DNA of 39,803 nucleotides from Massilia sp. UBA2709. Lineage in GTDB: Bacteria; Pseudomonadota; Gammaproteobacteria; Burkholderiales; Burkholderiaceae_D. The position numbers and the translations under genes were made by a program. The stretch is taken from positions 2,804 through 42,606 of the forward strand of contig DEKZ01000120.1 of NCBI GenBank assembly GCA_002354135.1, written 5' to 3'. Below are positions 17,757 to 29,164 of this stretch, in pieces. The number at the start of each line of letters is the position of its first letter. Positions within the stretch are counted from its first letter, which is position 1. The notes beneath the pieces were generated by a model. It ran no database searches, was not told the DNA's origin, and saw only the letters and a program-made list of their open reading frames with translations.

Positions 17757-20700
17757 GACCGATCGTCCCGGGCCGGACCGGCCTCCTCGAACGCGGCTTC
17801 TGCCAGCGCCCGGCGTAGTGCAGTCATGTCGACCGGCTTCACGAAGTAGTGCCGGAAGCCGGCCGCCTTGGCTAGGACCCTGTCGTGCGCCTGACCATAG
17901 CCTGTCAGCGCGATGTACAGCGCGTTCCTGGTGGCGGGAAGCGCATGCAGCCGCCTCGACAGTTCGTAGCCATCCATGTCGGGCAGGCCGATATCCAGGA
18001 TCAGGGCGTCGGGATGCAGGCGTCCCGCTTCCTCGAGGGCGCTGCGCGCGTTCTCGCACACCGTCACCGCATGGCCTTGTGCCTCGAGGAGGGCGGCCAG
18101 GGACTGGGCCGCATCGACGTTGTCATCGACAGCCAGGATGCGCAACGGGCATGGATGCTCCTGCGCTGCCGCCGCCGCGATCCGGCCTGCGCCTCGCCGT
18201 TCCTTGACCAGGAGCGGAAGCGACAGGATGAACGTGCTGCCCTTGCCGGGCCCCGCGCTTTTGGCGGTCACGTTGCCGCCATGGAGCGTCATGATGCTCC
18301 TGACCAGCGCCAGGCCGAGCCCGAGGCCGCCCTGGGAGCGGTCCGGCGTGCGTTCCGCCTGGGTGAACAGGTCGAACACATGCGGCAGGAGCTGCGCATC
18401 CATGCCGATGCCCTCGTCGGCGACGCTGATGCAGACGCAGGGCGCCTTCACTTCCATGCAGAGCTGGATATGACCGCCAATCGGCGTGTATTTCGCCGCA
18501 TTGTTCAACAGGTTCGTCAAGACCTGGACCAGGCGTGTGCGGTCGCCCAGGACCAGGACCTCCTCCTGCGCCAGGCGAATGGTGAAGGCATGATGCCGCG
18601 AGTCGATCAGCGGCGCCGACTGCTCGATGGCGCTATGGATGACATCCTTGATATCGAGCTCGGACGTCTCGATGGAGGCCAGGCCGCGCGTCACGCGCGA
18701 CACGTCCAGCAGATCGTCGACCAGGTCGGTCATGTGCCTGACCTGCCGGACGATGATTTCACTGTACTTCCTGACCGTGTCGTTATCGGGGCTGGCGACG
18801 GCCAGCAGGTTGGCTGCCGTACTGATCGGCGCCAGGGGATTACGGAGTTCATGGGCGAGCATGGCGAGGAATTCGTCCTTGCGCCGATTGGCCACTTCCA
18901 GGGCCTCTTCCGCTTCGCGCTGGATGGTGATGTCGGTGTTGGTGCCGAACCAGCGCACGATCTTCCCTTGCTGGTCGCGGATCGGAACCGCGCGCGACAG
19001 GAACCAGCGGTATTCGCCATCGGCGCTGCGCAAAGGGAAGAGGTCTTCCCACGCGACCTGTTGTTCGACGATCTGGCTGCGGTACCTGGCCTTGACCGCG
19101 TCCACGAAGTCGGGATGGTGGACCTTTTCCCAGCCCCATCCCTTCATTTCTTCGAGCGTCGTGCCGGTGTATTCGAACCAGCGGTTGTTGTACCAGAAGA
19201 TAGCGCCGTCGCTGTCTGCCATCCAGGCCAGTTGCGGGATGTTTTCCGCCAGGGTCCGGAATTGCACCTCGCTTTCCTTGAGTGCCGATTGCGCCTTCCT
19301 GATCTCGCTGATATCGAGGATATAGGCAATGCCTTCCTCGCGGTTGCCCTGGTAGTTGGCGGCGCCGATATAGACCGGCAGGCGGCTGCCGTCCTTCCTG
19401 AGGTATTCCTTCTCGAACGCTTCCACGCTGCCGCTCGACTGCAGGACGTCCAGGCTCCTGCTGTCCACGTCGTCCCATTCGGGAGGCGTCAGGTCGCGCC
19501 AGGACAGGCCGTTCTGTTCGAAGTCTGCGCGCGAGTAACCCAGCATCCTCAGGAAGGCATCGTTCACCTTGACGATGCGTCCATCGAAACGATACTGCAT
19601 GACCCCGATGACGTTGGAGTCGGTGATCGTCTTGAACTGGAATTCGGTGCGTTGGCGCGCTTCTTCCGCCAGTTTCTGTTGCGTGACGTCGATGACGACG
19701 CCCGGCATCCATGCAGGCTCGCCGCTTGCGTCCACGTCGACCTTGCCGCGCGCATGGATGTGCCGGATGCCGCCATCCCGGAGACAGAGGCGGAACTGGT
19801 ACTGGTAGGGCTTGTGGGCGGCAAGCGAATCGGCAACGTTCGCCTGCACCGCCTGGACGTCGTCGGGATGGATGTGTGCGAGATAGGCCTTGAGCGGACC
19901 ACCCTTGGCGTCCTGCTCGGAGATCTCGAACAGCCGTGCGAAGTTGCAATCGGCATAGACGCGGTCGGCCTGGATGTCCCAGGTCCAGGTGCCGATTTCA
20001 GCGGCGCTCAGGGTGCCTTCCAGCCTCAGCTGCGCATCCTGCAGTTGTGCCCGCAGGACTTTCTGGGTGTGGATGTCGGTGCAGGTACCGATCCAGCGTT
20101 CGATCAGGCCGGCCCCGTTCCGGACCGGCAAGGCACGCGCCAGCACCCAGTGATATTCGCCCGAGCGATGCCGCAAGCGGTATTCGATTTCGTAGGGCTC
20201 GCCGGTGGCGAGGCTGTGCTCCCAGGCTGGCCTGGTGCGCGGCAGGTCGTCGGGATGCAGGATCGATCCCCAGTTGTCGCCAATGGTTGCGTCGAACGGC
20301 ATGCCGGCAAATTCGTAATGCTGCCGGTTGTAGTAATCGTGGTAGCCGTCCGGCAGGGCCGACCAGACCATCTGCGGCATGGCGTCCGCGATCAGCCGGA
20401 ACCGGGCCTCGCTTTCCTCGATTGCCCGCTGCTTCAGTATATGTTCCGTAACGTCTTCGACGCTGTGGATGATGTAGGCGACTTCTCCCGTGGGGCCGAA
20501 GACAGGGCTGTTGAGCGGTTTCCAGTAGCGGACTTCGAACTCACCCTCGACCGCGCCGCGCCTGGGAATATCGTATTTTTGCAGCGGCATGACGTCGGCG
20601 CACTTGTTCTGCAAGACACGCATCAGCGATGCACGCAGGTTCCTGGTGCCCGTCGCGCCGGGATCGGCGGGATTGTCCGGAAAGACGTCGAAGAGGTTCT

Positions 20701-20866
20701 TTCCCAGGATCTGTTCCCGCGTCGTCATGGTGGCGTGCAGGCGCGCCGCGTTGGCGGCCACCATGGTGAAGTCCGGCGTCAGGACCAGGTAGGGGACCGG
20801 CGTCGCATCGAACAATAACCGGAAGTCGAGCCCCAAGCCATCAGGCAGGTCAGCAGGTGCGGCCAT
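17717..20866 (-). CDS. Hybrid sensor histidine kinase/response regulator with five PAS/PAC domains
   Basis: Five PAS units; H-box FLAMLAHELRNPL; HATPase N/G boxes NLLNNAAKY, DEGIG and GLGLGL; receiver VDDN...LDIGLPDMDG...KP. No TM segment. Start uncertain (20866 or 20917). Confidence 0.92.
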   Translation of the reverse strand: MAAPADLPDGLGLDFRLLFDATPVPYLVLTPDFTMVAANAARLHATMTTREQILGKNLFDVFPDNPADPGATGTRNLRASLMRVLQNKCADVMPLQKYDIPRRGAVEGEFEVRYWKPLNSPVFGPTGEVAYIIHSVEDVTEHILKQRAIEESEARFRLIADAMPQMVWSALPDGYHDYYNRQHYEFAGMPFDATIGDNWGSILHPDDLPRTRPAWEHSLATGEPYEIEYRLRHRSGEYHWVLARALPVRNGAGLIERWIGTCTDIHTQKVLRAQLQDAQLRLEGTLSAAEIGTWTWDIQADRVYADCNFARLFEISEQDAKGGPLKAYLAHIHPDDVQAVQANVADSLAAHKPYQYQFRLCLRDGGIRHIHARGKVDVDASGEPAWMPGVVIDVTQQKLAEEARQRTEFQFKTITDSNVIGVMQYRFDGRIVKVNDAFLRMLGYSRADFEQNGLSWRDLTPPEWDDVDSRSLDVLQSSGSVEAFEKEYLRKDGSRLPVYIGAANYQGNREEGIAYILDISEIRKAQSALKESEVQFRTLAENIPQLAWMADSDGAIFWYNNRWFEYTGTTLEEMKGWGWEKVHHPDFVDAVKARYRSQIVEQQVAWEDLFPLRSADGEYRWFLSRAVPIRDQQGKIVRWFGTNTDITIQREAEEALEVANRRKDEFLAMLAHELRNPLAPISTAANLLAVASPDNDTVRKYSEIIVRQVRHMTDLVDDLLDVSRVTRGLASIETSELDIKDVIHSAIEQSAPLIDSRHHAFTIRLAQEEVLVLGDRTRLVQVLTNLLNNAAKYTPIGGHIQLCMEVKAPCVCISVADEGIGMDAQLLPHVFDLFTQAERTPDRSQGGLGLGLALVRSIMTLHGGNVTAKSAGPGKGSTFILSLPLLVKERRGAGRIAAAAAQEHPCPLRILAVDDNVDAAQSLAALLEAQGHAVTVCENARSALEEAGRLHPDALILDIGLPDMDGYELSRRLHALPATRNALYIALTGYGQAHDRVLAKAAGFRHYFVKPVDMTALRRALAEAAFEEAGPARDDRSYAPFPGRGSSMS

Positions 20867-21087
20867 AGTGAAAGTCCTTCGATGGCATTGCATGCGCCTG
20901 TTCGATTGGTTTTTCACGAGGAATGATCATAAGTGGAAGTTCCGAATGGCGTCGCGCTCGATTGCGATCCGCCTGTCGCCTGTTCCGTAGCCGCCCAGCC
21001 AACTTGGCGAACTCAATAGAAGCGTATGATCGTTCAGAGGCTGTCAGTCCGGAGGCCGGTTCGATCTATTGCTTAAGGAGAACTACC

Positions 21088-21378
21088 ATGCTCGTTTTCA
21101 TATTGGCGGCGGCAAGTGCAATGTGCCTGCTCGGATGTGCGACCCCACAAGACCGGGCAGTGGCCCAGCAAGCGCAAGTGGAGCGCATGATGGCCGAATA
21201 CGGACCCGCATGCACGCAGATGGGTTATGCGACGAACACCGACCCCTGGCGGGAGTGCATTCTTCGTTCAGCCGGGCAGGACGGCGGTACACGCGGGGGC
21301 GTCTCGACTTCCATCTTCGGCGGCGTGGGCAGTGGCGGTCGCGGCGGTATCGGCATCGGCATCGGCATAGGACGCTAG
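21088..21378 (+). CDS. Small lipoprotein with Gly-rich C-terminal tail
   Basis: AAGGAG RBS; lipobox-like LLGC; C..MGY...TD.WRECI; tail GGIGIGIGIGR. Confidence 0.8.
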   Translation: MLVFILAAASAMCLLGCATPQDRAVAQQAQVERMMAEYGPACTQMGYATNTDPWRECILRSAGQDGGTRGGVSTSIFGGVGSGGRGGIGIGIGIGR

Positions 21379-21409
21379 CGGGCACGTCGCAGGGGGTGGA
21401 TAAAAAAGA

Positions 21410-21445
21410 AAAAAGGCCGGAACCCGCAAAGGTTCCGGCCTTTTT
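21410..21445. terminator. Bidirectional intrinsic terminator (lipoprotein / acnA)
   Basis: AAAAAGGCCGGAACC-CGCAAA-GGTTCCGGCCTTTTT. Confidence 0.9.
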
Positions 21446-21499
21446 GTCTTCCGTTCAGCCTCCCCAGCGGGGCGTCTGAACGGAGCTCCCTCTACTGCA

Positions 21500-24208
<2,709 letters not shown>

Positions 24209-24300
24209 AAGCTCTCCTTCAGTAGGGGTCTCTTGTTATTGCTTCAATACTTCGTAATCAGCAACGGTAGGGTGACGCGCAGTGTCAGCTGTACTTCGCG

Positions 24301-24843
24301 TCAGCTTTTCTTTTCATCCAGCCCGGCCGTGACGAGCGGCTTGGACTGTTCGGCGTTCTTGCATTCATTGGCCAGCTGGCGGTTCAGCTTCGAATCGAGC
24401 AGCATGCCCTTCGACGGGATGCCGATCCAGACCAGGCCGTAGTTCGTGTTCTCGAAACGCAGCGCGCCGGTGGTCGTGCCCACGCGCGCCAGGCGGTGCA
24501 GGCGCTTCTTCCAGCGCAGGGCGATGTGCGCATCGTCCTTCTCGCTGGTGTAGATCGTGATCTTGTTGCCCAGCTCGCAGGCGTAGTCGGTCACCTTGGT
24601 GTCGGTGATGTCCGGTTCCGGTTCATCGACGACGGCGGCAGCGGCGGCACCGGCGGCGCCCGCGGCAACACCTGCTGCGGCTTTCTTCTTCGAGGATTTC
24701 GACGACTTGGCCTTGGCCTTGAGGACGTCGGCGGCTTTCGGGTGGTTCTTTTCGGGTGCGGCGGACGCCGGCGCGGCGCACAGGCCGAGGGCCGCGAGCA
24801 CGAAGGAGCCGGCGGCGAGAAGGTGTTTGACTGGGGTGGCCAT
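24301..24843 (-). CDS. Exported hypothetical protein (signal peptide, Lys/Ala linker, two-Cys globular domain)
   Basis: Signal peptide ending ASA; YACELG...L..V.TTTGA.RFE...GLVWI.IP.KGMLLD...QLANEC; TAATG overlap with the upstream stop. Confidence 0.8.
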   Translation of the reverse strand: MATPVKHLLAAGSFVLAALGLCAAPASAAPEKNHPKAADVLKAKAKSSKSSKKKAAAGVAAGAAGAAAAAVVDEPEPDITDTKVTDYACELGNKITIYTSEKDDAHIALRWKKRLHRLARVGTTTGALRFENTNYGLVWIGIPSKGMLLDSKLNRQLANECKNAEQSKPLVTAGLDEKKS

Positions 24844-25832
24844 TAGTTGGATTCCGTTTGGTTGACGATTGCCGCCGCGGATTCAGGCAGCGCCAGGCCG
24901 GCCAGCTTCGCGCGCTGCAAAACGGTCCAATAATATCGGTAGCTGGCGCGGTCGTGCAAGCGCCCATGCTGAGCGATCGGTCCCCAGTTCACGGCCATCG
25001 CTTCCTGCAGGATGTTGGTTGCTTCGTTCACCTCCGACAGCCTCGGCGTGAACGCCTTCAGGATCGGCTTGATCTGGTCCGGATGGATGCTCCACATGCG
25101 CGTGAAACCGAATTCGGCGCCGGCGCGTTGTGCGTCATTTGCCACAACCGCGCTGTCTTTGATTTCGGTCGTCACATTATGCGAGGCGACCTTGCCGTGC
25201 GCATGACATGCCGCAACCATTTCCAGCTTGGCGCGGACAACTAATGGATGCGAAAACTGTCCCGGGGTGCGCATCGCGCTCGCCGGCACCGCGCCGTAGT
25301 GCGCCGAGACGAAGTCCATGATGCCAAAGGAGAGGCATTCGACCTGGGGCAGGGCGGCGATCTCGTAGGCTTCGCGCAGGGCGCCGTGGGTCTCGATCAG
25401 CACGTGCACGGGCAGCGCGGCGCGTCCGGCCGGCACCGCGACGCGGTTGGTGGTCTCGAGGGCGCGCCGCACGTCGGCCAGGCCGTTCGGCTTGGGCAGC
25501 ACCACGTAGGCCAGGCGGTTCGCCGCGGCGCCGACGATGGTGGCCACGTCGGTCTCGAAATGCTCGCTGTCGATGTCGTGCAGGCGCACGCCGATGCGGT
25601 TGAAGCGGTTGTCCTCGCTGTTCAGCAAATCCGCCACGAGCCGGGCGTGCGCGGCTTCGTTGCCGGCGGCGGCGCCGTCCTCGCAGTCGAAGGTGATGTC
25701 GAACAGGGGGCCAAGCTCTTGTTGCAGGGCCATCGACTTGCGCATCAGCTTCTCCGAGCCGCAATAATGGTCGCAGGCGGGAAGAAGGAGCGGCTGGCGT
25801 TTGCCCTGGAATAAAACCTCGGAAGGATGCAT
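24843..25832 (-). CDS. HpcH/HpaI aldolase / citrate lyase beta (CitE-like) family protein
   Basis: Start MHPSEVLF at 25832; FDCEDG, VVLPK, LIET, LSFGIMDF, MWSIHPDQI. Confidence 0.88.
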   Translation of the reverse strand: MHPSEVLFQGKRQPLLLPACDHYCGSEKLMRKSMALQQELGPLFDITFDCEDGAAAGNEAAHARLVADLLNSEDNRFNRIGVRLHDIDSEHFETDVATIVGAAANRLAYVVLPKPNGLADVRRALETTNRVAVPAGRAALPVHVLIETHGALREAYEIAALPQVECLSFGIMDFVSAHYGAVPASAMRTPGQFSHPLVVRAKLEMVAACHAHGKVASHNVTTEIKDSAVVANDAQRAGAEFGFTRMWSIHPDQIKPILKAFTPRLSEVNEATNILQEAMAVNWGPIAQHGRLHDRASYRYYWTVLQRAKLAGLALPESAAAIVNQTESN

Positions 25833-25859
25833 GTGTGTTTCGGTCGCTACGCTGGCAGG

Positions 25860-25901
25860 AAAAGAAGAAGCCGCCGTGCCCGGTTCAGGGGCACGACGGC
25901 T
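25860..25901 (-). terminator. Terminator after mdh
   Basis: Minus strand AGCCGTCGTGCCC-loop-GGGCACGGCGGCT followed by TCTTCTTTT. Confidence 0.65.
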
Positions 25902-25948
25902 GCGGCGCACGGTCGGCTTGGCCGGTTCCATGGACGCCGCGTCGCGGT

Positions 25949-26938
25949 TTAGGCCAGCAGGTGTGCCACGCCTTCACGCTCTTCGGTCAGTTCCTTCAGC
26001 GTGAGGTTGATGCGCTCTTGCGAGAACTGGTCGATCTCCAGGCCCTGGACGATCTTGTACTCGCCGTTCTCGGTGGTGACCGGGAAGCCGAACACGACGC
26101 CTTCCGGGATGCCGTACGAGCCGTCCGACGGGATGCCCATGGTGGTCCACTTGCCGTTGGTGCCCAGCACCCAGTCACGCACGTGGTCGATCGCTGCGTT
26201 GGCGGCCGACGCTGCCGACGATGCGCCGCGGGCGTCGATGATGGCGGCGCCGCGCTTGCCGACGGTCGGCAGGAAGGTGTCGCGGTTCCAGACGTCGTCG
26301 TTGATCAGGTCCTTGACCGACTGGCCGTCGACGGTGGCGAAGCGGTAGTCGGCGTACATGGTCGGCGAGTGGTTGCCCCACACGACCATCTTCTCGATCG
26401 CGCCGACCGGCTTGCCGGCCTTGGCGGCCACTTGCGACAGGGCGCGGTTGTGGTCCAGGCGCAGCATGGCGGTGAAGTTCTTGGCCGGCAGGTTCGGGGC
26501 CGACTTCATGGCGATGTAGGCGTTGGTGTTGGCCGGGTTGCCGACGACCAGCACTTTCACGTTGCGCGAAGCGACGGCGTCCAGCGCCTTGCCCTGCACG
26601 GTGAAGATCTGTGCGTTCGCTTCCAGCAGGTCCTTGCGCTCCATGCCCGGACCGCGCGGACGGGCGCCGACCAGCAGGGCGACGTCGGCATCCTTGAAGG
26701 CGGTCATCGGGTCGCTGTGCGCGGTCATGCCGGCCAGCAGCGGGAATGCGCAGTCGTCGATTTCCATCATGACGCCCTTGAGCGCCTTCTGTGCCTTCTC
26801 GTTGTCGATCTCGAGCAGCTGCAGGATGACCGGCTGGTCCTTGCCCAGCATGTCGCCGTTGGCAATGCGGAACAGCAGGGAATAGCCGATCTGGCCGGCT
26901 GCGCCGGTGACGGCAACGCGCATTGGGGTTTTAGCCAT
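25949..26938 (-). CDS. mdh: Malate dehydrogenase
   Basis: [47 protein letters not shown]. Confidence 0.98.
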   Translation of the reverse strand: MAKTPMRVAVTGAAGQIGYSLLFRIANGDMLGKDQPVILQLLEIDNEKAQKALKGVMMEIDDCAFPLLAGMTAHSDPMTAFKDADVALLVGARPRGPGMERKDLLEANAQIFTVQGKALDAVASRNVKVLVVGNPANTNAYIAMKSAPNLPAKNFTAMLRLDHNRALSQVAAKAGKPVGAIEKMVVWGNHSPTMYADYRFATVDGQSVKDLINDDVWNRDTFLPTVGKRGAAIIDARGASSAASAANAAIDHVRDWVLGTNGKWTTMGIPSDGSYGIPEGVVFGFPVTTENGEYKIVQGLEIDQFSQERINLTLKELTEEREGVAHLLA

Positions 26939-27105
26939 GATGAATCTCCAAAAGTGGGAATGAAAACGGTCGAAGCCGAGGATACGCCTGTTTGGGAAAA
27001 CCGCAATGATACCAAAATCGCACTGCGTCCAATTGAGCCGCCGTGACGCGCGGCGGATTCCGCCAGGCGCGGCCAGCGGGGCGTACTGGCGTCCGATCGA
27101 CCGCG

Positions 27106-27135
27106 AGTGTAGTCCTCGGTAGTTCTACCTGTCAA
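27106..27135 (-). promoter_or_regulatory. Sigma70 promoter of mdh
   Basis: Minus strand TTGACA-N18-TACACT. Confidence 0.6.
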
Positions 27136-27146
27136 TTGATATCATA

Positions 27147-27162
27147 TGTCTTATATAAGACA
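27147..27162. promoter_or_regulatory. GntR/HutC (SdhR-type) operator
   Basis: Perfect 16-bp palindrome TGTCTTATATAAGACA between the divergent mdh and gntR genes. Confidence 0.85.
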
Positions 27163-27221
27163 CATGTCATTGCCATGCATACACTGGACGGGGCAGGGCT
27201 TTTGTGGTGAAATCGCGGTCT

Positions 27222-27989
27222 ATGAATCCAGTCTCGTCCAACCCGGCCAGCGACGGCACAAGCGGCAACGGCTCGCCTTCGTTCCGCCCGCTGTACCAGC
27301 AAATCAAGGCGCTGATCACCCAGAGCCTGCAATCGGGCGAATGGAAGCCGGGCGAGCTGATGCCCAGCGAAGTCGAACTCGCCGCACGCTTCAAGGTCAG
27401 CCAGGGCACCGTGCGCAAGGCGATCGACGAGCTCGCGGCCGAGAACCTGGTCGTGCGCCGGCAAGGGAAGGGCACCTTCGTCGCCACCCACCACGAAGAG
27501 CGCGCCCACTTCCGTTTCCTCAAACTGATGCCCGACGAGGGCGTTCCCCACCATCCCGACAACCGCATCGTCGAGGTCAAGCGCATCCGTGCGCCGGCCG
27601 AGGTCGCCCGTTTGCTCGAGCTGAAGTCGGGCGACGCGGTCGTCTACATCAAGCGCGTGCAGTCCTTCGACGGCGCGCCGACGATCCTGGAGGAGCTGTG
27701 GCTGCCGGGCCAGCTGTTCAAGGGGCTGACGGCCGAACGGCTGGTTGAGTACAAGGGTCCAATGTACGGATTGTTCGAGTCCGAGTTCGGCACCCGGATG
27801 ATCCGCGCGACGGAAAAGATCCGCGCGGTCGGCGCCGACAGCGCCGCCGCGGAATATTTGCAGGTGGCCGAGGGCACCCCGCTGCTGTGCGCGGAGCGTG
27901 TCTCGTTCACCTATGGTGACAAGGCGGTGGAGTTGCGGCGCGGGTTGTATTTGACGGCGAAGCATCATTACCAGAATGAGTTGTCGTAA
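27222..27989 (+). CDS. GntR/HutC-family transcriptional regulator (SdhR-like, wHTH + UTRA)
   Basis: PLYQQIK, MPSEVELA..F.VSQGTVRKA, RRQGKGTFV; C-terminal UTRA domain; sits between mdh and sdhC. Confidence 0.93.
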   Translation: MNPVSSNPASDGTSGNGSPSFRPLYQQIKALITQSLQSGEWKPGELMPSEVELAARFKVSQGTVRKAIDELAAENLVVRRQGKGTFVATHHEERAHFRFLKLMPDEGVPHHPDNRIVEVKRIRAPAEVARLLELKSGDAVVYIKRVQSFDGAPTILEELWLPGQLFKGLTAERLVEYKGPMYGLFESEFGTRMIRATEKIRAVGADSAAAEYLQVAEGTPLLCAERVSFTYGDKAVELRRGLYLTAKHHYQNELS

Positions 27990-28004
27990 GGCGTAGCGGT
28001 TTTC

Positions 28005-28140
28005 GTAGGGTTGGCACTCGTGCCCACGCGGTGCGGCGTATGCATATGGCATGCCGTGCCGGTGTGCGGCGAGCGTCGTGGATGTGGTGAAGGTAGGGTG
28101 TGCATCGGTACGACCGCGTGGGCACAAGTGCCCACCCTAC
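28005..28140. repeat. Inverted REP pair (REPIN/BIME-like)
   Basis: GTAGGGTTGGCACTCGTGCCCACGCGGT (28005-28032) and ACCGCGTGGGCACAAGTGCCCACCCTAC (28113-28140) are near-perfect reverse complements. Confidence 0.85.
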
Positions 28141-28368
28141 AAAGGCAGAGCGCGAAGGAGCGCCGCCTTCAGCAGGTTTTGCCAGGATCAGGTCGGTCCC
28201 GGCAGCAATCGCTTCATGCGATTAAAATATGTTGGTTTGGAGAAAGCGCCGAACAAAACCCTGTTCCTCGCGCTGCATCCTGATAATCGGGCTTCGGTTA
28301 TTGGTGCGGATCAAAAAATCGGCGAAAATTAAGGGTTATTTAAATTTTGTCAGTTAAGGAGGTGTTGT

Positions 28369-28791
28369 ATGTCCGAAGCCATAACAAAGCAGCAAAAGAG
28401 GGGGCAGCCGATTCGTAATGTCAACATTACCGACATCACGATGAACTATCGCCAGCCGCCCTCGGCGATTGTGTCGATCCTGCACCGCATCAGCGGGTTC
28501 GCCATGTTCCTGATGCTGCCTTTCCTGCTCTACCTGCTGCAGGAAAGTCTGCGCTCGGAGATTTCCTTCGCCCACTTCGCCGGTGTGGTCGACAACGTCT
28601 TCGTCAAGATCATCCTGCTGGGCCTGTCCTGGGCTTACCTGCACCACTTCACCGCCGGCATCCGCCACCTGTTCATGGACAACCACATGGCCCTGGACAA
28701 GGACGCATCGCAGAAGACCGCACGCTGGGTGCTGGTGATCAGCCTGGCGCTGACCCTGGTCGTCGGCCTGAAACTGTTTGGAGTATTCTAA
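28369..28791 (+). CDS. sdhC: Succinate dehydrogenase cytochrome b556 subunit
   Basis: SILHRISG, HHFTAGIRHL; AAGGAGG RBS; operon position. Confidence 0.96.
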   Translation: MSEAITKQQKRGQPIRNVNITDITMNYRQPPSAIVSILHRISGFAMFLMLPFLLYLLQESLRSEISFAHFAGVVDNVFVKIILLGLSWAYLHHFTAGIRHLFMDNHMALDKDASQKTARWVLVISLALTLVVGLKLFGVF

Positions 28792-28793
28792 TC

Positions 28794-29162
28794 ATGGCAA
28801 CCAAGAATAATATCGGCCCGCGCCGCCTCGTCGTCGGCGCTCACTACGGCGTCAAGGACTGGCTGGCGCAGCGCGTCACCGCGATCGTGATGGTGGTCTA
28901 CACCGTCATCCTGCTGGGCACCTTCCTGACCGCACAGAATTTCACCTACGAAGGCTGGGCGTCGCTGTTCTCCCGCCAGTGGTTCAAGCTCTTCACGGCC
29001 GTGACCTTCTTCGGCCTGTTCTACCACGTCTGGGTCGGCGTCCGTGACATCTGGATGGACTACGTCAAACCGGCCGGCATCAAGCTGGCCCTGCAGATCG
29101 CCACCGTGCTCGTGCTGATTGCCTACGCCGTGTGGACTGTGCAAATTCTCTGGAGCGTGTAA
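28794..29162 (+). CDS. sdhD: Succinate dehydrogenase hydrophobic anchor subunit
   Basis: GVKDWLAQRVTA, HVWVGVRDIWMDY. Confidence 0.96.
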   Translation: MATKNNIGPRRLVVGAHYGVKDWLAQRVTAIVMVVYTVILLGTFLTAQNFTYEGWASLFSRQWFKLFTAVTFFGLFYHVWVGVRDIWMDYVKPAGIKLALQIATVLVLIAYAVWTVQILWSV

Positions 29163-29164
29163 TC

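Noticed and set aside
21344..21372. ATCGGC tandem microrepeat as a phase-variation tract
   Set aside because: In-frame 6-bp unit encoding the GIGIGIG tail; slippage would not shift the frame.
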